Shown in pieces: positions 25,361 through 35,110 of a stretch of 64,000 bases of DNA (within the stretch, counting starts at the first letter, position 1; each line of letters opens with the position of its first letter). The notes below the pieces were generated by a model. That model was not told the origin of the DNA and did not search any database. It was given only the letters and a program-made list of their open reading frames with translations. The stretch is from Octopus sinensis (Eukaryota). Where the stretch lies: positions 66,774,001 through 66,838,000 of the forward strand of contig NC_043000.1 of the NCBI RefSeq assembly GCF_006345805.1, read 5' to 3'. The position numbers were made by a program, and so were the translations under genes.

Positions 25361-25450
25361 TTTTCTTCCTGAAGAGAAAGACACAATATGGTCCCATTAT
25401 TCAATCGGATTTTGGTAATTTGTGCCTTTCGAAACACGTGTAGAATGAAA
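25361..25450 (+). ncRNA. PLE-type hammerhead ribozyme (right pseudo-LTR)
   Basis: TTTTCTTC-CTGAAGA-GAAAG.CACAA..TTGTG.CTTTC-GAAAC-ACGT-GTA-GAATGAAA; loopless palindromic stem III ACACGTGT. Confidence 0.75.
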
Positions 25451-25503
25451 TAAAACGATTTCTGTTCAATCTGCGTTCAGCTCCATTTCTTCAATTCACC
25501 AAT

Positions 25504-25545
<42 letters not shown>

Positions 25546-26051
25546 CGGAGATGTACTTGCATAGCAAGTGACCTGATCTGATATCGTGTGCTGGAACGAA
25601 AACAATTGCAGTGTGGAAGGTGTTTGTAAGATGCAGCACAGAATTTTGTCAGTGAACAGGTTGCAGTCTCAAAGAGAAAGAAAATATTTTGGCAAATTAA
25701 ATTTAAATGTTAAAGTGACTCTAACGGTTTTTGTGTTTCTTAAATGGCTTATAAACACCTTCCATGCTGCAATTGTTATATGTATATATATATATATATA
25801 TATATGAATATATATATGTATATATATAATTAATCAATATAGGGTGGCAAAAAATTTTGTAGAATTTTTTTGCCACCAGCGGCCTAGTGGGAAAAAATTA
25901 AATAGTCATATACCATTTTTAAGTTCAACATCACAATCAAGGAACGGCCATAATAGGCCATTCACCCACTAGAAATAACAGCCAAAAGCTTCAACCGCAA
26001 ATAACATCAATTCCGTAAACCAGGAGAAAATTAAAAAACATTTACCCTGTA

Positions 26052-26157
26052 ATTTCTTATACGATGCACCGTTTCATCTACTGTTTATGGTAAACTAACC
26101 TGATTAAATTAAATCAAGCCAATCTACCATAGGCCCTTAGATTCATCAGTAAGAAAT
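26052..26157 (-). ncRNA. Type I hammerhead ribozyme, copy 1 of the 486-bp unit
   Basis: ATTTCTTA-CTGATGA-ATCTA..TAGAT-GAAAC-GG(tgca)TC-GTA-TAAGAAAT on the minus strand. Confidence 0.9.
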
Positions 26158-26537
26158 AGCCAAGTCGGAACAGATATTTTTCACGAGGCATTCCGTCCCT
26201 GCCTCGGCAATATCTGACCTAAAATTTTCAAATCATCGCACTCGCGCCAAATTTATCGGCAGCAAATAAATATAAGCCGCCGATTCCATTACGGAATTAA
26301 CCAGAAAATTCATAATTAATCAATATAGGGTGGCAAAAAATTTTGTAGAATTTTTTTGCCACCAGCGGCCTAGTGGGAAAAAATTAAATAGTCATATACC
26401 ATTTTTAAGTTCAACATCACAATCAAGGAACGGCCATAATAGGCCATTCACCCACTAGAAATAACAGCCAAAAGCTTCAACCGCAAATAACATCAATTCC
26501 GTAAACCAGGAGAAAATTAAAAAACATTTACCCTGTA

Positions 26538-26644
26538 ATTTCTTATACGATGCACCGTTTCATCTACTGTTTAATGGTAAACTAACCTGATTAAATTAAA
26601 TCAAGCCAATCTACCATAGGCCCTTAGATTCATCAGTAAGAAAT
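26538..26644 (-). ncRNA. Type I hammerhead ribozyme, copy 2 of the 486-bp unit
   Basis: Same motif, 486 nt from copy 1. Confidence 0.9.
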
Positions 26645-26967
26645 AGCCAAGTCGGAACAGATATTTTTCACGAGGCATTCCCGTCCCTGCCTCGGCAATA
26701 TCTGACCTAAAATTTTTAAATCATCGCACTCGCGCCAAATTTATCGGCAGCAAATAAATATAAGCCGCCGATTCCATTACGGAATTTTTTGCCACCCTAT
26801 ATTGATTAATTATGAATTTTCTGGTTAATTCCGTAATGGAATCGGCGGCTTATATTTATTTGCTGCCGATAAATTTGGCGCGAGTGCGATGATTGAAAAT
26901 TTTAGGTCAGATATTGCCGAGGCAGGGACGGGAATGCCTCGTGAAAAATATCTGTTCCGACTTGGCT

Positions 26968-27073
26968 ATTTCTTACTGATGAATCTAAGGGCCTATGGTA
27001 GATTGGCTTGATTTAATTAATCAGGTTAGTTTACCATTAAACAGTAGATGAAACGGTGCATCGTATAAGAAAT
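26968..27073 (+). ncRNA. Type I hammerhead ribozyme, inverted copy 3
   Basis: Stem I 26968-75/27066-73, CTGATGA 26976-82, GAAAC 27050-54, GTA 27063-65. Confidence 0.9.
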
Positions 27074-27197
27074 TACAGGGTAAATGTTTTTAATTTTCTC
27101 CTGGTTTACGGAATTGATGTTATTTGCGGTTGAAGCTTTGGCTGTTATTTCTAGTGGGAATGGCCTATTATGGCCGTTCTTGATTGTGATATATGTA

Positions 27198-27252
<55 letters not shown>

Positions 27253-27265
27253 TATTATATAAAGA

Positions 27266-27569
27266 AGCTTCTACAGGACTAGAACTGTTTCATTCAAGAG
27301 AAATCTTCAGGAAGCTAGTTAACAAGAATTGTATTGGCATTTATACATTTAGGCAGGTTTAACGGGTGTTGGTGGGGACTTTTTTGGGGGTCGGCATAGC
27401 GCAAAATATCATACTTCAAGTATGATATTTTGCGCTATGCCGACCCCCAAAAAAGTCCCCCACCAACACCCCGTTAAACTGCCTAAATGTATAAATGCCA
27501 ATACAATTCTTGTTAACTAGCTTCCTGAAGATTTCTCTTGAATGAAACAGTTCTAGTCCTGTAGAAGCT
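27266..27569. repeat. About 150-bp-arm fold-back palindrome with an HHR in each arm
   Basis: Centre at 27417; HHR on + at 27519-27569 (AGCTTC-CTGAAGA-tTTCtcttGAAt-GAAAC-AG..CT-GTA-GAAGCT) and its mirror on - at 27266-27316. Confidence 0.9.
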
Positions 27570-27679
27570 CCTTCTATATAATAAATTAATTTTACTCTGC
27601 TATGTATTGAGTACCTTACTTACTGTGGTTACCCCGAATCAACCCGGGACCTACATATTATTATATAAATATAATATAT

Positions 27680-27710
<31 letters not shown>

Positions 27711-27789
27711 GTATATATATATATAGTATATATATATATGTATATATATATGTATATAATATATATATGTTATATATATATATGTATAA

Positions 27790-30700
27790 TTTTAATCCAA
27801 ACGGGAAACAAAAAACAACAACAATGGAACAATTACAGTATTATTATTAATAGGCGCTCAGGAAAGGAAGCAGGGAGGTATGACGTTTCGAGCGGAGCTC
27901 TTCGTCGGAAACATAAAGAAGGAAGAGAGAGGAAAGAAAGATCCCAGAGCGGGCAACAGGGAAAGAGAAAAAAGACGACTGGTGTTTACGAGTTGCACAT
28001 GGTGAAAGGCGGAAGTTTACGAAAACAGAGCAAAGTGGGTTTTAAAGGCAAAAGAGTGGAGACAAGGTTGGTAACGCAACAGATGTGTGTGTATGTGTGA
28101 GTGTGTGCGTGTGCGTGTGTGTATGTGTGTGTGTGAGGCGAGATGAAAAACAAAAAAATATATATGTGTGTGTTAGTGTGTGCGTCTGTGTGTAGGCGTG
28201 TGAGGTAGGGCGAGATAGTGGTCAGCTTAGCAGACAAAGGTCAGTAGTAAGAAAAAGAAGGAAGGAGGAAGGGAGGGAGGGAAGGGGTGGGGGCGTATGT
28301 AGCGTGCCAGCGTTTGTTGAGTAGTAGTGTGTGTGTGTGTCCAGTGTCGTGGTGGTATAAAATGGCGAGTAGATTGAATGTGTGTAAGAGTAATGTATAT
28401 ATTTAAGCAATGTGTGTATATGTGTGCGCGTGTGTGTAACGAAAAAGGGGGGGGGTTAAGGAAAAAGACTCCAGCTGAGGGGAAGATGGAAGAGTGGTCC
28501 CGCGGAGGCGGGCGTGGGAAAACCCAACGACACGCGACGGTCCCAGGAACGGGCGGGAGGTCTTGTCGGTTCCAAGAGCGAGGTGCCTGCGGAGCGTATG
28601 CGTACGCGAACCGGCGCAAGCGCGTGCGTGCGCGAGCCTGCGAGTATGTGCGTAAGTATGTATGTGTGTGGATGTGTGGGTGTGTCTGTGTGTATGTCCG
28701 GGTGGCAGTGTGTCCGATGAATGTATGTGAGTATGTGTGTATGTATGTGTGTGCATAGATGTATGTCCGTGTGTGTGTGTGTGTATGTGTGTGAGTGTGT
28801 ATGTATGTACGTGTGGGTGTGGGGAAGTGTGTGTATGTGCATGTGTGTGCGCGTACATACAGGTGTGTGAGTGAGTGTGTGTGTGTGTATGTATGTGTGA
28901 GTGTGTATGTATGTGTGTGTAGGATGCATGTATGTGTATGGGTGTATGTATGCGTGTGTGTATGTATGTATGTGTACGTGCGTGTGTGTGTGGTGTATGC
29001 GTGTAGGTGTGCGCGTGTGCATGCATGCATGCATGCATGTGCGTATGTGTGTGTGTGTGTGCATGTGTGTGGTATATATATGTATGTGCGTATATGTGTG
29101 TGTGTGTGCGTACATGTGTGTGTGTGTGTATGCATGTGTGTGTATGTAGGTGTGTGGGCGTGTGTGTATAGGTGTATGTATGTAAGTATGTATGGGTGTG
29201 TCCGTGTATGTGTGTGTATGTATGTGTGTGTATGTAGGTGTGTGGGCGTGTGTATATGTTGGTGTATGTAGGTGTGTGGGCGTGTGTATATAGGTGTATG
29301 TGTGTATGTCTGGGTGTGTCCGTGCATGTTGTGTGTGTGTGTGTATGCATGTGTATGTAGGTGTGTGTGTACGTGTGTAATGTATGTGTGTATGCGTGTG
29401 TATGCGTGTGTGTGTATGTAGGTGCGTGTGTATGTGTGTGGGAGTGTAGGTGTGTGTGTGCGTGTGCGTGTTTATGTCGGTGTGTGCGTATGTGAGTGTG
29501 AGTGTATGGGTGTTTGTCATGCATGTGTGTGCGCGTGCAGGTGAGTGTGTGTGTAAGTATGTGTGTGTGTATGTTTGTGTGAGTGTGTATGTGTGTATGT
29601 CTGTGTGTATGTATGTGCGTATAGGAGTATGTGGGTATGTGTGTGTGTATGTATATGGGTGTATGTATGTATGTGTGTGTGTGTGCATGTGTATAAGTAT
29701 ATGTGTGTGTGCGTATGTGTGTATATGTGTATGTGTGTGTGTTTATGTATGTGTGTATGTATGTGTGTAGGCGTGTGTGTGTAGATGTATGTATGGGTGT
29801 GTGTCCGTGTGTGTTTGTGTGTGTGTGTAGGTAGATGTGTGTGTCTGAGTGAGGGTATGGCTGTGTAGGTGTGTGTGTGTATGAATGTAAGTGTGTGTGT
29901 ATACAAGTGTAATGTATGTATGTAGGTGTGTATGTGTGTGTGTATGTGTACGTGTGCGTGTGTATGTGTGTGTGTATGCGTGTGAGTGTGAGTGTATGGG
30001 TGTATGTCTGTGTGTGTGTATGTCTGAAGTAGGTATGTATGTGTATGTATGTATGTGTGTGTGTGTGTGCAGGTATGTGTGTGTATGTGTGTGTGTGAGT
30101 AGGTGTGCGTGTATGTATGTGGGTAGGGATGCATGCGAGTGTGTGGGTATGTATGCATACATACGCACGCGCACATCCGAAGCAAGCCCACACACACGAA
30201 GCGCGCCCACGCACACAACGCACAAGCAGTACAACGCAAGCCCAAGGGGCCGACCAAGCCCCCAGCGCGCGCCAAGGCGCGCGAGCGCAAAGGCCCTCGA
30301 ACGCCCCGCTACGCGGGAACCGAGGATCCATCAGCCAAAACCGGAAAGCAGAAAAGAGGGGGGGCTGCCTGGATGCAAAAAGGTGTATGTGTGTGTGCAT
30401 TCAGTGTAAGGGTGTGCATGTGTAGGTATGTATGTATGTATGTGCCTACATGTATGTTTGCATGTGTGTGTGTGAAGTATGTACGTGCGGTGTGTGTGTG
30501 TGAGTGTGTGTGTATGTATGTGCGTATGTATGTGTGTGTGTATGTGTGTATGTATGTCTGTGTGGTGTGTGTGTGTGTTGTAAGTAGGTATGTGTGTGCG
30601 TATGTATGTGTGTGTGTATGTGCATGTTGGTTTGTATGTTAGTGTGTGTTAGTATGTCTGTAAGTGTGTGTGATTAAATGTGTGAATGTATGTACATAGA

Positions 30701-33490
30701 TGGGTCTACGTATGTGTGTGTGTGAACAGGCGTGTGGGAGGTAGGTGGGTGGGTGGGTGTGGGAGGTAGGTGGGTGGTGGGTGTGAGGGTGGTGTGGTCC
30801 ACAAAAAAAAAAAAAAACGGATCTCAAAGGAGGGGGCTGTGTTAAGTCCGTGTGGGGTGGTAGTTTGTAGGGTGAAGATGTAGCGTTGCTCCAAGTGGAG
30901 CCTGGAAAGTGGGCGACCATGGTGGGGGGCGAGACCAAACACTGAGATGTCATCTAGGAATGGCCGGCCGAGCGGAAGTGGCGTGCGACGGGAGAAAGAG
31001 AGTGTAGGCGAACGTCCCTCAAGTGTTCAGTGAAACGGTCGGACAACCGGCGTCCCGTCTGTCCTACATACAGCATCCCGCATAGGTTGCATTTAATGCA
31101 GTAAATAAGGCCAGACGAGGTGCACGTAAAAGAGTGCCTAATGCGTACAGTGTGCAGGTTGGAGCCGTGACAGCGGTGGTGTTGGTGATGAAGGGGCAAG
31201 TGTTGCAACGGGATCTAGAGCAAGGGAATGATCCGTGTGGGGCTGAGGGGGAAGGAGAGGGTGCTGTGGACCAGGAGGTCACGCAGATTGCGGGCTCGTT
31301 TGAAAGAGGACAGGGGTAGGTTAGGGAAAATGGGGCGGGTGTGGGATCAAGCTGGAGGCGACGGAAGGCACGTAGTATCTTGCGACGAAGGGGTAGGGTA
31401 GAGGGGTGGAAAAGGAGGGGAAGGGGTGCGGTTGGGGGGTGTGGGCGGGGGAAGGAGACAGGGCGGTAGTGCGGTCGATGCGGACGGGCGCGGGTGAGGG
31501 CATCAGAGAGGAGTATGGGTGGGTAACCTCGGAGTCTGAACATGCGGGCCAGGTATTGAGATTGGGTCTCGAAATCCTGGTCGCGGCTGCACAAACGTCG
31601 GAGGCGGAGGAACTGGGAGTAGGGGATGGCTCGTTTGGTGTGGAAGGGGTGGGAGGAAGAGAAGTTGAGATAGAGGTGGGAATCCGTAGGTTTAAAAAAG
31701 GCGGTGGTGGTGAGAGAGCTGGAGGGGTGATCGATGCGGAGAGAGATGTCAAGGAAGTTGACAGAGGTGTTGGAGATGGTGGAGGTTGAATTGAAGAGGG
31801 GTGAAAGTTGGAAAGGAAAGAGATGAATTGGCAGAGAAGTTCGCGGGAAAGGGAGGTGGCACCTACGCAGTCGTCGATATAGCGACCGTATAGTTCGGGG
31901 GTCGGCCCAGAGAACTGGAGAACACTTGGGCCTCAATGTAGCCAAGAAAGAGATTGGCGAAATTGGGGCCCATCCTAGTTCCCATCGCGACCCGGACACC
32001 TGTTGGTACGTTTCCCCGGCGAACGTGAAGCAATTGAGGGTGAGGACGAGCTCAGCCAACCGGAGAAGGGTGGGGGTGCTGGGGGTGGGGTGGGGTCGGG
32101 ACGACGGTCGAGGAAGTGTTGGAGGGCTAGGAGACCGTCATTGTGGGGAATCACTGTGTACAGGGATTTTACATCTAAAGTGAAGAGGAGGTGTGAGGGG
32201 CTGGAAGGGAAGGAAAAGGAATTGAAGAGACGGAGGGCGTGGTTGGTGTCGTGTATGTGGGATGGGAGGGCTGCGACTAAGGGGGACATGATGCGGTCGA
32301 GGTATAGGGAGATGAGTTCAGTGGGGCAATTACAGGCAGAGATTATGGGACGCCAGGATTAGAGGGTTTATGGATCTTGGGAAGGAAGTAGATGGTGGAG
32401 GTGCGGGTGTGTGCGGACGATGAGGTTGGTGGCGGTGAGGGGGAGAGCGGAGGAGGAGATGAGGTCGTGGATGGTGGAGGACACTCGCTGTTGGTAGAGG
32501 AGGTGGGATCGGAGGGGAGGAGGCGATAGAAGAGTGGATTTTGAAGCTGGTTCGCTTCCTCCCTGTATAGGTCCGCGCGCCACACTACCACTGCCCCGCC
32601 TTTGTCCGCCGGTTTGATGACAATGTCATCACGACGGCGGAGGTGGCGAAGGGCAATGGATTCGGCCCGAGTGAGGTTGGCTCGGCGGGGGTCTTGGTGC
32701 AAAGTTGAAACGGTGGACCAAAGCGTTGCAGTCATGTACCAAAACGAATCTAGGCTACTGAAAAGGCCTGGGGGCGGCGTCCAGATGGTGGACGACGCCC
32801 CAGCTCCAAAAGGCATCCTGATTGTTGTGACGCTGCGGGGGACGCGTGGAAGTATGCGCGAAGTTTGAGGGGCGGCGCAGGAACAGGTTGACGTCCGCCC
32901 GAGTCTCGAACTCATCACAGTGGCGCGTGAGTGGCGTGAAGCGGAGACCCTTACTGAGGAGGGAACGCTCAGCGGAGGAGAGGGGGAGGTGGGGGGTATA
33001 GTGACAACAGCGCGAGGAAGCGGGTGGGGTGGTTGAGGACTAGGGGCAGCGGAGGGGGTTCAGGGGTGTGAAGGGGAGGGTAGGGGTGGTTGGGTAAGAT
33101 GGGTTAGGCGTAGGAAGGTCACGGTGGGGGTGTGGTGGGTCCGTGGAAGGGGGGGTAGGTGCGAAGGAGGGGGAGGGGGAACAGCAGTGGGGGGGATGGG
33201 GAAGGGGTGAGGGGTTGAGGAGGAGGTGGAGTTTTTTGTTTTTTTGTGTGTGTGAGGTGGTTGTAGAGTTGGTGGTTGGAGATTAAGAATGAAGCGGAGG
33301 ATAGGTTGGGTGAAGAGTGGAGGGCAGAGGGCGGAGAGAAGGAGGTAGGCCTGGGAAGTTTTGATGGGTCGAGGGAGTCAAGGAGGGGGCGGTGGAGCGG
33401 ATGGTGGCGCGGAGGAGGGAGCGGGAGGTACGAGCGAGGGTGGGTTCGATGAAGGGGGAGGAATAGGGGGTAGCGTGGAACTTCAAGATA
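27790..33490 (-). mobile_element. Penelope-like retroelement, near full length: RT plus GIY-YIG, long (CA)-rich 3' region, terminal HHR-like motif
   Basis: LSKGLRFTP, IKPADKGGAVVVW, LDVKSLYTVIPH, FKPTDSHLYLNFSSSHP..AIPYSQFLRLRRLC, CTSSGLIYCIKC..YVGQTGRRLSDRFTEH; many frameshifts; 3' extent inferred from shared architecture with the 50430 copy. Confidence 0.9.
28650..30640 (+). repeat. Compound (TG)n/(TATG)n simple repeat
   Basis: Direct inspection; it produces the spurious H/T/Y and C/V/M ORFs. Confidence 0.95.
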
Positions 33491-33530
33491 ATATATATAT
33501 GTAATATATATGTATATATATATATATTTA

Positions 33531-33745
33531 CTTTATTTAAAGCAGCAGAAAATTCAACAAAATCTGTTACTGGAGTTTCTCGTTGCCGTTCATCAGACAG
33601 TTTTTGCTAGCAAAAACTGTCTGATGAACAGCAACGAGAAACTCAGAGTAGTAACAGATTTTGCTAGCAAAAACTGTCTGGATGAACGGCAACGAGAAAC
33701 TCAGAGTAACAGATTTTGTGAATTTTCTGCTGCTTTAAATAAAGC
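33531..33745. repeat. Fold-back palindrome with three HHR copies
   Basis: Centre TTTTTGCTAGCAAAAA at 33601-33616; HHR on - at 33564-33605, on + at 33612-33657 and 33669-33716. Confidence 0.85.
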
Positions 33746-33833
33746 ATATTACTCTTACCACTGGTATTTGAGTACTCTTTTTTCACCTTGTTTCCACATT
33801 TATGTGTTTACTCCGGTATATATATATATATAT

Positions 33834-33993
33834 AATAAACCTTTACATAAATAAATAACGTGAAATACACGAAGGGACGAAACATAAGAGACAGACGGTT
33901 TCTGACTGAAGAATGAAGGCTTTGATGACCCGTCTGTCTCTTATGTTCGTCCCTTCGTGTATTTCACGTTATTTATTTATGTAAAGGTTTATT
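33834..33993. repeat. Inverted repeat with 65/64-bp arms and a 31-nt loop
   Basis: 33834-33898 vs 33930-33993, one 1-bp indel. Confidence 0.9.
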
Positions 33994-34362
33994 CTATATT
34001 TCGCAGCGTACGTGCATAATCTCTTTATATATATATATATATATATATGGATATATATATATATGGATATATGTATATGTATATATATAATATATATATA
34101 CATACATACATACTTACATACATACATACATACATATATACATACACGCGCACACATACACACACACACACACACACACATACATATATATATATGTACA
34201 CAGACAGACAGAGAGGCAGACAGACAGACAGACAGGTAGATAGATAGATACTTTTTTAAAAATTTCATTTTCAGTAAATGACCAAGATAGTTATCTCTGT
34301 TTCTGTTGTATGCTATATTAATATACTCTTTTCTTCATTGCAGTTAGTCTGTATTTTGGAAT

Positions 34363-34621
34363 ATGAAAGACAAAACGAAGAAAGAAAATAAAGAAAAATA
34401 TGTAGAAGATGATGCACTTTCTTACTATTCTGAATATGAAATTCCTGATGGAGGCTGGGGATGGATGGTTGTCTTGGGTTCATTTTTTGTGCATGTCATT
34501 GCAGATGGCATCACATACTCACTTGGCATATTTTACTCAAAATGGGTGGATTATTTCCAAACTGATAAAGCTACAATGGCATGGGTTGGCTCCTTGGTTC
34601 CAGCAATGACATACTTAACAG
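34363..34621 (+). CDS. SLC16/MCT-family monocarboxylate transporter, coding exon 1
   Basis: IPDGGWGWMVVLGSFFVHVIADGITYSLGIF is the MCT TM1 signature; acceptor TTCATTGCAG ends at 34343; GC donor at 34622. Confidence 0.95.
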
Positions 34622-34667
34622 GCAAGTATCACTTTATATGCTCAATAATTCTTTTTTTTTAGTCAAG

Positions 34668-34721
34668 ATCATCATCATCATCATCACCACCACCACCACC
34701 ACCACCACCATCACCATCACC

Positions 34722-34753
<32 letters not shown>

Positions 34754-35056
34754 CATCATCACCACCACCACCACCACCACCACCACCACCACCACCACCA
34801 CCACCACCATCACCATCATCACCATCATCATCATCATCATCATCATTTAATGTCCATTTTCCATGCTGGCATAGGCTACATGGTTTGACAGAAACCGGAG
34901 AGCAAGCTGGAGTGTTGAACCAAAGTCCCATTGTCTGTTTTGGCAAGGTTTCTATGGCTAGATGCCCTTCCTAATGCCAACCACTTCACAAAGTATACTG
35001 GGTGCTTTATATATGGCACCAACACAGGTGCTTTTAACATGGCACTACCATGGGTA
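34668..35056 (-). mobile_element. RTE-type 3' UTR fragment with expanded (GAT/GGT)n tail
   Basis: Reverse complement of GGCATTAGGAAGGGCATC..CAGCATGGAAAATGGACATTAAATGATGATG. Confidence 0.7.
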
Positions 35057-35075
35057 CTTTTTACACACACACACA

Positions 35076-35109
<34 letters not shown>

Positions 35110-35110
35110 C

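Larger units (their letters stand above)
22690..25512 (-). mobile_element. Rearranged Penelope-like element: linker and GIY-YIG on minus, ORF N-terminus on plus, 392-bp inverted pseudo-LTRs
   Basis: GIY-YIG 23532-24020 (NAVYQC..YVGAS..RVSNH..CNLC..CPH); linker FPRNSKYYSTVN near 24450; N-terminal ORF 24706-25137 (SLKDIPIP..SDKTRNTYKM); inverted repeat 22791-23182 vs 25121-25512. Confidence 0.92.
25826..27190. repeat. 486-bp tandem unit x2 plus an inverted partial third copy; retrozyme-like, non-coding
   Basis: Unit starts at 25826 and 26312; 26785-27190 is the reverse complement spanning the unit junction; each copy carries an HHR. Confidence 0.95.

Noticed and set aside
28227-30642. Very long H/T/Y-rich and C/V/M-rich ORFs (up to 665 aa)
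   Set aside because: Translations of (CA)n/(TACA)n simple repeats, which lack stop codons; open in several frames on both strands
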